From positions 1 through 64,000 of the IMG/VR virus record IMGVR_UViG_3300042731_004976: a stretch of 64,000 bases of DNA. The stretch is one strand, 5' to 3'. The first letter of the stretch is position 1. Each line of letters begins with the position of its first letter. The stretch is from a virus. The notes under the pieces are model-generated. The model saw only the letters and a program-made list of their open reading frames with translations. It made no database searches and was not told the origin of the DNA. This document shows, in pieces, positions 48,029 through 57,456 of this stretch. The translations under genes were made by a program, and so were the position numbers.

Positions 48029-48559
48029 ATGAGCGAAGTGAAGACATGGCGGTACAGTCTCCCAGGTCAGAAGGAGCCGTACGATAGCTGGACGATCGCG
48101 TTAATCGATTCGACGGGTTGCGTGGCGATCCTCTCTGACTACGGAGACTGGTGCTACCGTTGGTCCACGCCAAACACAGGCCATGAGGACTTCCGCGAGT
48201 TCTTCATCGGCATCGATGCGAGCTACGCCGCGCGCAAGCTAGCCAACGAGAGTGATCGAAACCAGTTCGACGGAGAGGCCACGAGGAAGCGTATTCGTCA
48301 GGACATCCTGAGAGACCGTCGCGCGCGTGCCTGCTCTGCGGATTGGGCTCGCCAAGAGTGGGACCTCGTGGATGTGATCGAGGATGACCACGAGTGCTCT
48401 TTCAGTGCATTTCTGGCAGAGACCTCCATCGAAGATGCTTTCGAGTACGCGATCACCAGGATGGGGCGCGGCTTGACACACTGGGTTCACGTGTCACTAC
48501 CTCGGCTACAACAACTGATTCGAGAGGAGCTGGCGAGCGAAGCCGGCGAAACGTTATGA
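48029..48559 (+). CDS. phage hypothetical protein
   Basis: SDYGDW.Y.W, YAARKL motifs. Confidence 0.6.
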   Translation: MSEVKTWRYSLPGQKEPYDSWTIALIDSTGCVAILSDYGDWCYRWSTPNTGHEDFREFFIGIDASYAARKLANESDRNQFDGEATRKRIRQDILRDRRARACSADWARQEWDLVDVIEDDHECSFSAFLAETSIEDAFEYAITRMGRGLTHWVHVSLPRLQQLIREELASEAGETL

Positions 48560-49962
48560 GCTTCAAGTACCAAGCGATCAAGCACGGAGACAGCCACTAC
48601 GTATTGCCGAAGATCGGCGACATGCGAGTGGAGGCCCACGCCTTTCTTTCCGATGCTCTCTATGAGTCGTCAGATGAGGGCCTGTGGAACCAGCTTGCGA
48701 GCGGAGCTTCCTACGAGGGTGTCATCGGAGCCTACGTCATGCCCGACACGCACCTGGGCTTCGGAGTTCCGGTAGGTAGCGTCATCGTCACCGAGAACAC
48801 CATCATCCAGGCAGGCTCCGGCTACGACATCTCGTGCGGCGTCGTCTACATGAAGGTTCCGGGGCTCAAAGCCCGAGGCGTGCGTGGCTGGTACGATCGC
48901 GAGCGCTGGATTCGAGAAGTCGAGAAGCGGGTAGCTACGGGTGTGGGTTCCAACCGCCCCAAGCTGATGCCCAAGTTCTCGGTGAAGAAGAGCGACGAGA
49001 TCTTCCACCAGGGGGCCAAGGCTCTCGGAGTCTCGGCTGATGTGTGTGAACGCCAGTTCATCGAGGTCCCCAGCGATACAGATCCTTCGAGGATCGAGAA
49101 GGCCTACGCAAAGTCCCTCGATCAGCTCGGAAGCGTGGGAGGGGGAAATCACTTCGTCGAGATGCAAGTCGATCGCGACACGGGCGAGGTCTTCGTCATG
49201 GTTCACTGCGGCTCCCGCGGCTATGGCTGGCAGGTCGCCAACCACTTCTTCTACGAGGGTGCGCTTGCTCGCGGTCTTCCCACGAATCGCCGAGAGGACT
49301 CGTGGCTCTACGCAGACGAGCCCCTCGGGAAGGACTACTGGGCCCTTCACAACACGGCTGCCAACTACGCCGTGGCCAACCGACACATCATCGTTCGTGG
49401 CGTCCAGGAGGCCCTCCAGGAGGTTTTCGGGGTTGAGGGTGAGGTCTACTACGAGATCAGCCACAACCTCGTGCAGGAGGAGACTCTGGTCCTCCCCGAC
49501 GGGACTCAGAAGAAAGGCTTCGTGCACAGGAAGGGCGCGACACGTGCGTTCCCGGCCGGACACCCGGACTTGAAGGGTACGAAGTGGGAGTCCACGGGGC
49601 ACCCCTGTCTGATTCCCGGCTCGATGTACGAGGGGGCAGCGATCCTCTTTCCGAAGCAAGGCGCCTACAAGTCTGGGTGCTCCGTCAACCACGGTTCTGG
49701 TCGTCTCATGGCTCGGGGAAAAGCACGGAAGACCCTCGGGCACAAGCAGGCACGCATCGACGAGGAGATGCGTACGGTCAAGCGTACATTCAACGGTGTT
49801 CAGATCGAAGGGATTGTCGGAAACACCAAGAAGACCCCCATCGACGAGTGTGGGCACGTCTACAAGGATCTGGACGAGGTGCTTGCTGTCCTGGAGGACA
49901 ACGGCATCGCAGAGGTGCGCCACCGGCTCTATCCGGTGGCCAACATCAAGGGAACGGACTGA
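48556..49962 (+). CDS. rtcB: RtcB RNA ligase
   Basis: MPDTH.G.G.PVG, DISCG, GGGNHF, HCGSRG, HN, HRKGAT, PGSM, HGSGR, YKD. Confidence 0.95.
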   Translation: MSFKYQAIKHGDSHYVLPKIGDMRVEAHAFLSDALYESSDEGLWNQLASGASYEGVIGAYVMPDTHLGFGVPVGSVIVTENTIIQAGSGYDISCGVVYMKVPGLKARGVRGWYDRERWIREVEKRVATGVGSNRPKLMPKFSVKKSDEIFHQGAKALGVSADVCERQFIEVPSDTDPSRIEKAYAKSLDQLGSVGGGNHFVEMQVDRDTGEVFVMVHCGSRGYGWQVANHFFYEGALARGLPTNRREDSWLYADEPLGKDYWALHNTAANYAVANRHIIVRGVQEALQEVFGVEGEVYYEISHNLVQEETLVLPDGTQKKGFVHRKGATRAFPAGHPDLKGTKWESTGHPCLIPGSMYEGAAILFPKQGAYKSGCSVNHGSGRLMARGKARKTLGHKQARIDEEMRTVKRTFNGVQIEGIVGNTKKTPIDECGHVYKDLDEVLAVLEDNGIAEVRHRLYPVANIKGTD

Positions 49963-50567
49963 TGAACGGGGAAGCGAAGGAAGAGGAATGTAAGAAGCGC
50001 GGTTGGTTCTGCCAAGACGGCTACGGACCTCACCGACGCTGGGGTTCCTTTTGCCCCTGTCCCCCAAACGCTCCAGAGGCGATGCCAGACTTCAATCGCT
50101 TGGCTCACTTCAAGAGGACAGGTCGAGACGACCTGTACGAGGGCTGTGAGCGTCAGTACATGAAGAAGATCACTGCTGCGGTCGCCATCATCACGCAAGA
50201 AGAGAACGGCAAGACGAAGATCTTGGGCGTGTCTCGGAAGGACGACCACGAAGCATGGGGACTCCCTGGAGGATCCATCGAAGAAGGCGAAACCCCCGAA
50301 GACGCCATGGTGCGTGAGGTACGAGAGGAAACAGGGCTGATCGTCTCCGAGGCTCGGAAGGTGTTCGTACGCATCGACGACTGGGGCGTTGCTGCTGCTG
50401 CGTTCGAGGTTCTGGAATGTTTCGGGGAGCCGCGCACGGTCGAGCAGGGCCTGGTCCGATGGCTCGACCTCAACGAGCTGATTGAAGAAAAGGCTCCTTT
50501 CCGAGAGTACAACGCCCGGCTATTCCACCGTCTCGGCTGGATGGTAGACTCGGGAGCATGTCCCTAG
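49962..50567 (+). CDS. NUDIX hydrolase
   Basis: GGSIEEGETPEDAMVREVREETGL NUDIX box. Confidence 0.9.
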   Translation: MNGEAKEEECKKRGWFCQDGYGPHRRWGSFCPCPPNAPEAMPDFNRLAHFKRTGRDDLYEGCERQYMKKITAAVAIITQEENGKTKILGVSRKDDHEAWGLPGGSIEEGETPEDAMVREVREETGLIVSEARKVFVRIDDWGVAAAAFEVLECFGEPRTVEQGLVRWLDLNELIEEKAPFREYNARLFHRLGWMVDSGACP

Positions 50568-51913
50568 ACAGCTACCAGGATCGAATCAAGTGGGGCTCGT
50601 ACTCGAAGTACGAAGGTCCCTGGACCAAGGGAGTTTTCCACTTCAACGTTGGAGACAACCCAGACTTCACACGCAAGCAGCTCGCTGTCCTTACTGCTAC
50701 CGAAGGTGGGCGATACGGCGCGATCAACATGTACGATCGCTGCATCGTCTCCGTTGGTTTGATCCAGTGGTGCGAAGCGGCCAACTTGTACCTCGTGAGC
50801 AAAATGCTCGGGCGCATCGCGGCTGCGGGCAACTACGAAACGCTTCGTGCCTACATCAAGATGATCGGCCCGGATGCGGACTTCCGAAAGAATTCCAGAG
50901 ACCAGTGGCGTTTCTTCCTCGAAGAGAAGGAAGTCGACTCGAAGGCACTGCAACGGGAGCTATTCTTCGCCGGAGGCTCCGGGCTCAGAGGACAGTGGAC
51001 TAAGGAGCAACGAACCCACGCTGAGCGTGTGTGTGCTCTCCTCAGCATGATGTGGCAAGAGCCGTCATTTCGAAAGGCTCAGGAGGACTACACGGGAGAG
51101 CGCTTGCTCGGTTTCGCGATGGCGAAGTCGAAAAAGATCCTGTTTCCAGAAAACTTCCCGACTGGGGGTTGGGACGGCGCTCTTCGGGCCGCGTTCACAT
51201 CCTTCGCTGCCAACCTTCCCGCCGTGGCGGATGAACACTTTCGTATTGCTTACGAGAAGGCGGGAGACGCCTCCATCGAAGACCTGACGATTGAAGCTCT
51301 TCGCGAGATGACCTTCGGCCCTGGTATCTCGATCTACCCTCATCGCTACAATGCCATCCGCCCTGTCTTGGAGAAGCAGTTCGGCATCGATCTCCCCGAT
51401 TTCGCCAAGGAGCTGGAGCAGTTCGAGTACCAAAATCCTTGGGCCGAGCTGTATCCAACGGTAGCTCACTTTCAGACAGCTCTGCTGGAGTTGGGCATCT
51501 ACGATCTAGGCCCTAGCGGGGCAGACAACAAGATGGGGAAGCTCACCAAGGCAGCCATCGCTCAGTTCGAGGAGGATCACAATCTACCTGTGGATGGCAA
51601 ACCTGACCGCAAGTTCGCCGAAGCCCTTCGCGACGCGGTCAACGAAGCACGTGAAAACGGTCTTGCTGCCAACGCCAGCACCGACGTGGAAGAAGAAGTT
51701 CCGGAGGAGGACCCCTTCGACGCTCCGGATCCAGACGTTCCCGACGTGATGTCCATTCCGGACCCAAGACCCCCGGGAGACGGACATAGTACCCCTCCCC
51801 CTCCAACAAGCGAACCTGTACCAAAGAAGTCGTCGGGGGCTGCCAAGACCACAGGCATCGTGGTATTCGTGGTGGGCTTGCTCGGAGCGCTATGGAAGCT
51901 CTTCAGTGAGTAG
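50558..51913 (+). CDS. putative endolysin (lysozyme-like + peptidoglycan-binding domain + C-terminal TM)
   Basis: TEGG..AIN.YD..SVGLIQW; QTALLELG..AD..G..TKAAI..F...HNL.VDG. Confidence 0.7.
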   Translation: MSLDSYQDRIKWGSYSKYEGPWTKGVFHFNVGDNPDFTRKQLAVLTATEGGRYGAINMYDRCIVSVGLIQWCEAANLYLVSKMLGRIAAAGNYETLRAYIKMIGPDADFRKNSRDQWRFFLEEKEVDSKALQRELFFAGGSGLRGQWTKEQRTHAERVCALLSMMWQEPSFRKAQEDYTGERLLGFAMAKSKKILFPENFPTGGWDGALRAAFTSFAANLPAVADEHFRIAYEKAGDASIEDLTIEALREMTFGPGISIYPHRYNAIRPVLEKQFGIDLPDFAKELEQFEYQNPWAELYPTVAHFQTALLELGIYDLGPSGADNKMGKLTKAAIAQFEEDHNLPVDGKPDRKFAEALRDAVNEARENGLAANASTDVEEEVPEEDPFDAPDPDVPDVMSIPDPRPPGDGHSTPPPPTSEPVPKKSSGAAKTTGIVVFVVGLLGALWKLFSE

Positions 51914-51923
51914 CGAAAGGACG

Positions 51924-52232
51924 ATGGACATGAGCACGGACGCCAAGGATCTGAGGAACGAAAACGATCGCGTACAGCTTCTCCAAAACCTGTACGGGAT
52001 GATTGGCGAGGTGAATAGCGCGGCGTACTTCGCTGCCCAGTTCGCAAAGGCGACTCTCGAAGGAGCTACTCCTCAGAGCGTCAAGACCAGCGGTCCTGAC
52101 TACAACGTGTTGAAGTTGGGGTTGCAGGCTCTAGAGGCCGCAACGGCGGCGGCCGTGGCGATTAACGATCTGAGCGAGAAAGCGGTTCGCCTTTCTCAGG
52201 AGATTCGGAATGGGCAACAACTCAACGAGTAA
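51924..52232 (+). CDS. helical hypothetical protein
   Basis: AAGGA SD. Confidence 0.55.
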   Translation: MDMSTDAKDLRNENDRVQLLQNLYGMIGEVNSAAYFAAQFAKATLEGATPQSVKTSGPDYNVLKLGLQALEAATAAAVAINDLSEKAVRLSQEIRNGQQLNE

Positions 52233-52309
52233 CTTCGAGGAGTACCTGAAGTCCGACCCAAGAGCAGTAGAGCGCTTGAATCAGGTCTGCGACGTTCCGG
52301 AGAGTGTCG

Positions 52310-53506
52310 ATGGCGAAAGCACACGCCCGCCCGCCCCGCGAAAAAAAGAAAGCACCCCCGCTCGACCCGAGTAACAGGATCTTTTCGGGTCCTTGTCTGA
52401 ACCACCTGCGTCTCTTCCCTGACAACAGCATAGATGCCGTTGTCATGGATCCTCCGTACGGCTTGGGTACGAAGGAGCCGACGCTAGACGAGATCCTCGC
52501 GTACCTACAGGGAGCGGACCTCGATACAGGCGGGGATTTCATGAGCACGGATTGGGAGATCCCGTCCGTACTCGTATGGCGAGAGCTGTACCGAGTTCTC
52601 AAACCCGGAGGGTACGTGCTGACGTTCGGAGGGACTCGAACGTGGGACTTGATCAGCTTGGGTGCGCGAGCAGCGAGTTTCGAGTATCGAGACTCGATCC
52701 CGAACATCTTCCCCGACCTTCCTGGCTTCCTGTGGCTCTACGCCCAGGGACGAGCCAAGATGAGCTTGGCGAACACGCTCGCAAAGAAAGCCACCAAGGA
52801 AGAACAAGAGGCGTGGAAGGGGCTCGACGTTGGGCTGAAGCCTGCTTGGGAACCGATCTTGATGTATCGCAAACCTCTCGAAGGTTCGATACTCGACAAC
52901 CTACGGAAGTGGGGTACCGGAGCACTCAACATCGACGGTACGCGGGTCTTCACTGATTGGAATGAGCCCGACCGCTCTGACAGTTGGAAGCGTAGCGGGC
53001 ACACTAAGAAGCCGGATGCGAAGAAGATCGCAGCTCCTCCGGGACAGGGCATCAACCTACATCCGCTCGGCAGGTGGCCTCCAAACGTAATCTTCGTTCA
53101 CGCTCCCGAATGCAAAGAGATCGATGCGGCTTCGGAGAAATGGAAATGCGCTCCGGGGTGTCCCGTAGAGGACCTCGACGAGGGCACACGCAGGTTCTTT
53201 CCACGGCTACCTCCCTTCCAGTACGAGGGCAAAGTGAGCCGGAAGGAAGCGACCCTAGATGGGGAGCTGAAGAACGATCACTTGACCAAGAAGCCCGTGG
53301 CCGTGATGAAGCGGTTGGTTACTCTTGTTACCCCTCCCGCTGGGTTGGTCCTAGACCCTTACTGCGGATCTGGGTCGACGCTTCACGCCGCCGTCGAGGC
53401 AGGCTTCCGGTTCTGTGGTATTGAGAAGGATCCGGAGTCGTTCAAGACGTCCGTGAAGCGAATTCAACTGGTGGCTGCCCGTCAGGGGCGCATCTGGAAA
53501 CAGTAG
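52310..53506 (+). CDS. DNA N6-adenine/N4-cytosine methyltransferase (beta class)
   Basis: DPPY before LDPYCGSGST; H.TKKP. Confidence 0.9.
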   Translation: MAKAHARPPREKKKAPPLDPSNRIFSGPCLNHLRLFPDNSIDAVVMDPPYGLGTKEPTLDEILAYLQGADLDTGGDFMSTDWEIPSVLVWRELYRVLKPGGYVLTFGGTRTWDLISLGARAASFEYRDSIPNIFPDLPGFLWLYAQGRAKMSLANTLAKKATKEEQEAWKGLDVGLKPAWEPILMYRKPLEGSILDNLRKWGTGALNIDGTRVFTDWNEPDRSDSWKRSGHTKKPDAKKIAAPPGQGINLHPLGRWPPNVIFVHAPECKEIDAASEKWKCAPGCPVEDLDEGTRRFFPRLPPFQYEGKVSRKEATLDGELKNDHLTKKPVAVMKRLVTLVTPPAGLVLDPYCGSGSTLHAAVEAGFRFCGIEKDPESFKTSVKRIQLVAARQGRIWKQ

Positions 53507-53519
53507 GAGGCAGCAGAAG

Positions 53520-53723
53520 ATGAAGGGCTTCCCCATACACACGAAATCCGACGAAGGACCAAAAGTCGAGCCGAATCGCTATCAACGCCGTGCGCAAGCT
53601 GCCTTGGATCGGAAGGAGCACCGCAAGACGGTCAAGGCGTTGGAACGTCAGGCGAAGGTCGCTTACGAACGAACACGGTTGGTCTCAAAGGAGGAGGCTG
53701 AAACCGACTACGACTTCGGGTAA
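53520..53723 (+). CDS. small basic protein
   Basis: AGGAGG SD; NRYQRR motif. Confidence 0.55.
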   Translation: MKGFPIHTKSDEGPKVEPNRYQRRAQAALDRKEHRKTVKALERQAKVAYERTRLVSKEEAETDYDFG

Positions 53724-53728
53724 CCTGT

Positions 53729-54100
53729 ATGCCCATGCACGCCCTTGCATCAGCTGCCGACTCCGGAGGGGGAGCTGTCGATGGGATCTCGGAGCTAGCC
53801 AAGCAAGGGGTCCTAGGGCTCGTAGCCAGTCTTCTCATCCTCGCGCTCATTTGGGTCACGAAGAACTGGAAGACTTCGATGGAAGATCGTCTTGCAGACG
53901 CCAAGGGCTACGGTGCAGATCTCAAGGCTATCAACGACGCGGCTACAAATCTCGTCGTCGAAACGAACAGATCGTCAGACGCGCTACGCACCACGTGCGT
54001 GGAGTTGAAGGCCGATGTGACAGGGACCAAAGAAGAACTGGGGAAGCTTCGCGAAAGACAGGCGGAGTTCATTGCAGCCGCAAAAGGACTCAACGGGTGA
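53729..54100 (+). CDS. TM + coiled-coil protein (holin-like)
   Basis: GVLGLVASLLILALIWV helix, then coiled coil. Confidence 0.5.
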   Translation: MPMHALASAADSGGGAVDGISELAKQGVLGLVASLLILALIWVTKNWKTSMEDRLADAKGYGADLKAINDAATNLVVETNRSSDALRTTCVELKADVTGTKEELGKLRERQAEFIAAAKGLNG

Positions 54101-54105
54101 TCGCC

Positions 54106-54348
54106 ATGAGTTTCGCTTCCTGGTTCAAGGATTGGCTTACCCTGGGTTCACGCTCCAACGATGTGATCCGAGAGTTGGAAGAGCAGCGGCGGCGCGCTGC
54201 GGCAGTGAGGATGGATATGGAACGCGCCGCAGGCGATCAAGCGGACCGCCGGACGAAAATGCGTGCTACATTCCATCCGGAGGAAGCTGATGACGGACAA
54301 AAGATCAAAATCCCCCACCGACCCGAGTTCAAGTCCTCCGCAGGATGA
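54106..54348 (+). CDS. hypothetical protein
   Basis: Tiling. Confidence 0.45.
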   Translation: MSFASWFKDWLTLGSRSNDVIRELEEQRRRAAAVRMDMERAAGDQADRRTKMRATFHPEEADDGQKIKIPHRPEFKSSAG

Positions 54349-55243
54349 ATCCGCCTCGAAGATCGAATCGGTACCGTCCCAGAAAGCCTCTTCCGTATCC
54401 GGATCACATCGTTTCGATCTGAGCAAGACGTTGAGCACGAGTGTCGCTGCGGAGAGCATCGCCTCCGGCAAGAAGACTATGACGGAGCGCGCAGAAGAGA
54501 AGGCCAAGACCGTCATGCCTATGCCAAAGCCTATCAGAGGGGCTCCGGTTGCAGTTCCCGCGAGCCCTCCTCCGCCGGACGAGAAAGCTCCCAAGGAGGA
54601 TCGAGTCTCTCTCGTCGAGTCCGGAGAAGAAGATGCGACGCAGGGGATGAACACGTTCACGCACTACGCGGACACGATCACTGACGCACTCTTTTACATC
54701 ATCGGAGTTTTCGACAAGGCTACCGCAAGGATCAACCTCGGGGTTGGACTGCTGTTCCTAGTAGTGGCTGGTCAGTCTGTTCTCCTCTACCGCTTCGAAG
54801 GTGCACTCGCTGACCAGAAGATAGATCGAAAGAAGAACAAAGAGCTTCTCGTTGAGCTTCAGAAGCTCAAAGACGAGTTGGTGACGGTGAAGACCGACGC
54901 GAAAGAAACCAAAGAGAGTGTGGCCGAGGTCAAGGAAGCCGCAGATCAAAAAGCAAACATCGACATCGAGGTCGATGAGACGGGCGCTGCGAAGGTTGTG
55001 ATTCTTCCGAAGACGTACAAGGCGAAGGTAACCGAGGCGAAGAAGTCCAAAGCGTCCAAGAAGCGCAAGTCGTCCTCCTCCTTCTCAGCACCTCCTGCCC
55101 CGAAGCCTGCTCATAAGGTGGTGGAAGCTCCGTCACCGAAGGCTATCGAGATTCCGCTGAAGCTGCCTCCGGGAGCGCGTGTGGTAGACGCGCCCGAGTC
55201 TGTCGTTCAGCCGCCGATGGCGGAAAAAACGCCGAAGAAGTAG
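54290..55243 (+). CDS. membrane protein with coiled coil and Pro/Lys-rich tails
   Basis: GGAGG SD; central TM; coiled coil. Confidence 0.6.
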   Translation: MTDKRSKSPTDPSSSPPQDESASKIESVPSQKASSVSGSHRFDLSKTLSTSVAAESIASGKKTMTERAEEKAKTVMPMPKPIRGAPVAVPASPPPPDEKAPKEDRVSLVESGEEDATQGMNTFTHYADTITDALFYIIGVFDKATARINLGVGLLFLVVAGQSVLLYRFEGALADQKIDRKKNKELLVELQKLKDELVTVKTDAKETKESVAEVKEAADQKANIDIEVDETGAAKVVILPKTYKAKVTEAKKSKASKKRKSSSSFSAPPAPKPAHKVVEAPSPKAIEIPLKLPPGARVVDAPESVVQPPMAEKTPKK

Positions 55244-55248
55244 CCCCA

Positions 55249-55277
55249 TTGGCTATCCGATAAGTATGTGATAGCTT
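55249..55277 (+). promoter_or_regulatory. sigma70-like promoter
   Basis: TTGGCT-17-TAGCTT. Confidence 0.5.
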
Positions 55278-55287
55278 CCGGCAACAC

Positions 55288-55785
55288 ATGCCGCAAGCTG
55301 GTTTCACAAGCGCTCCGGTTTTGACTCCCGAGGCGATCGATGAGGTCGAGATGTGGGCGCAAGCCGCCCTGGAAGACGATCCCGACGACGCTCTCGCGAA
55401 GATCTCCCTTGCTCTCGTTCAGGAGAACAGGGAGCTACGCATGTTTCTTCATAGAGATGCGGACGGTCAGCTATCGATCTTGCAGAAGGTTCAGCTTGAG
55501 AACGAGCGCTTGGAGAAGAAGCTGCGCGACCAGGAAGATATTATCGGGCGTCGATCCAAGGAACTTCGGGAGAAGAGCCAAGAGCTGAGCGGGTTGAAAC
55601 AGCGTTTGGATCGCTACACGAAGATCCTACACAAGGTAGAGGTCCTGTTGCACATCGCTCGAACGCGCATGGCGGATGACGGCAGCATCGACCACGGAGG
55701 TCCGGAAGAGATCGGACGCCTCATGGGGTTGGTGGAGAAAGAGTACGACAGAGTGGCAGAACAACAGCAAGGGCCTCAGGGATGA
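55288..55785 (+). CDS. coiled-coil protein
   Basis: Heptads; ATGA overlap with dcd. Confidence 0.6.
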   Translation: MPQAGFTSAPVLTPEAIDEVEMWAQAALEDDPDDALAKISLALVQENRELRMFLHRDADGQLSILQKVQLENERLEKKLRDQEDIIGRRSKELREKSQELSGLKQRLDRYTKILHKVEVLLHIARTRMADDGSIDHGGPEEIGRLMGLVEKEYDRVAEQQQGPQG

Positions 55786-56336
55786 TTCTATCAGACGGTG
55801 ACATCGAGACTCGCTTGGAGAGCGGAGACCTCGTCATACACCCCTTGATCAATTCCAAGTTACAGGTCCAACCAGCGAGTGTGGACCTTCGACTCGACAA
55901 GAACTTCATACGGGTGCGCAAGTCGCACGTTGGGGTGATTGACTTGGCCGATCCCGTTCAGGAGCTGGACCGCGTCACCACTGAAGACTCCTTCGTAATC
56001 GAGCCGTGGGAGTTCGTGCTCGCTTCTACTGCGGAAACGATTCGCATGCCCAACGATCTTGTGGGGCGTGTCGAGGGACGCAGTAGCTTAGGTCGCTTGG
56101 GTCTCATCATCCACGTCACCGCAGGTTTCGTGGACCCGGGATTCGAGGGACAGATCACATTGGAGATGACGAACTTCAATCCTTCGCCTCTTCGACTTCA
56201 CGTCGGTATGCGAGTCTGTCAGCTCTCGCTGGAGCAGATGACGAGCCCGGCCAAGCGCCCCTACGGAAAAGAACGAGGCAGCAAGTACATCGGAGAGGCT
56301 GCGGTGGGCGCAGTCCCCTCGCGGTACCGGCCCTGA
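55782..56336 (+). CDS. dcd: dCTP deaminase
   Basis: QPASVDLRL, GRSSLGRLG, AGFVDPGFEGQITLE, SKY. Confidence 0.95.
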   Translation: MILSDGDIETRLESGDLVIHPLINSKLQVQPASVDLRLDKNFIRVRKSHVGVIDLADPVQELDRVTTEDSFVIEPWEFVLASTAETIRMPNDLVGRVEGRSSLGRLGLIIHVTAGFVDPGFEGQITLEMTNFNPSPLRLHVGMRVCQLSLEQMTSPAKRPYGKERGSKYIGEAAVGAVPSRYRP

Positions 56337-56362
56337 ACCCGATGCGTCCATATGGACGCATC
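56337..56362. repeat. palindromic element, copy 2
   Basis: 22-bp perfect palindrome GATGCGTCCATATGGACGCATC at 56341-56362. Confidence 0.85.
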
Positions 56363-56380
56363 CCACGGACGGAGGAATAG

Positions 56381-57055
56381 GTGAGCCGGTTCTTTCTCGA
56401 CACTGAATTCATCGAAGACGGACAAACCATCGAGTTGATCTCCATCGGAGTCGTTTCGGACGATGGCCATGAGCTGTATCTCTGCAACAGCGATTGCGAT
56501 CTCTCGCGTTCCGGTGATTGGGTACGCGCTCATGTGTTGCCTCACCTGCCGGAGAAGAAGTGGGAGCTACGGAAAGATCCGTGGTTTTCGATGATGCGTC
56601 GTCACAAGGACGCTGGGCATTGCTACTACCTGTCATCACGCCAGTGTAGTCGGGCTCACCTAGTTCGGCCTGCCTACGGAGAAGCGGAGATAGTTCCAAA
56701 GCCTCTGCTGCCCTGGGCGACGAAGCTCGACTTGAGATCGCACTTGTGCGCCTTCATCCAGGAACACACCCCGAAGGGGAACCGTCCCGAGTTCTGGATG
56801 TACCACGGCGCCTACGACTGGGTTGTCGTCTGTCAGCTCTTCGGACGCATGATCGATCTCCCTAGCGGTTGGCCGCACCACTTCATGGACCTGAAGCAAT
56901 TCGCAGTCATGTCCGGAAACGAGCGCCTGATCGAGCAACCCATTCCGAAGCACCACGCCTTGCAGGATGCGCACTGGGTCCGGGACGCCTACCTCGATTG
57001 CTTGAAGCGTGATGCCCAGAAGATGCTCGACTGGGTGAGAATGCAGGAAGCGTGA
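56381..57055 (+). CDS. DEDDh 3'-5' exonuclease (Rv2179c/RNase AS-like)
   Basis: FLDTEF, LISIG, YDWV, HHALQDA. Confidence 0.85.
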   Translation: MSRFFLDTEFIEDGQTIELISIGVVSDDGHELYLCNSDCDLSRSGDWVRAHVLPHLPEKKWELRKDPWFSMMRRHKDAGHCYYLSSRQCSRAHLVRPAYGEAEIVPKPLLPWATKLDLRSHLCAFIQEHTPKGNRPEFWMYHGAYDWVVVCQLFGRMIDLPSGWPHHFMDLKQFAVMSGNERLIEQPIPKHHALQDAHWVRDAYLDCLKRDAQKMLDWVRMQEA

Positions 57056-57456
57056 TCGTCTACATTCGGCAATTTCGAATGGAGCAGTCAGCGATGTCTG
57101 CTTACAGTAGCTACATGGGTCCGGGCCCGGTCACGATAGAGATAGAGCTGGTGGCAGAGGGTTCGGAGGGCTACGAAGACCTGAAACACCACGGTCCCTT
57201 CATCTTGGAGCCCTTGAACAAGCATACCCAGAGACGCGAGGCGCCTCGTCCCGAGACACTCGCTCCGTCGAACGCTACGATGGCGAATCCGGAGATGCTC
57301 GCTGTCGATACTCCCTCGCCTACCGAGGCGCAGGCCGAAGCCGATCAAGAAAGGATGCATCGTATGACGACGCCATACGAAGAAGACTATCAATGGTCAG
57401 GATGTCCTGACTGCAACACCAAACCCTGCTGCTGTGCACTGCCGGATCTATTCTGA
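57052..57456 (+). CDS. hypothetical protein
   Basis: GTGA overlap. Confidence 0.55.
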   Translation: MIVYIRQFRMEQSAMSAYSSYMGPGPVTIEIELVAEGSEGYEDLKHHGPFILEPLNKHTQRREAPRPETLAPSNATMANPEMLAVDTPSPTEAQAEADQERMHRMTTPYEEDYQWSGCPDCNTKPCCCALPDLF

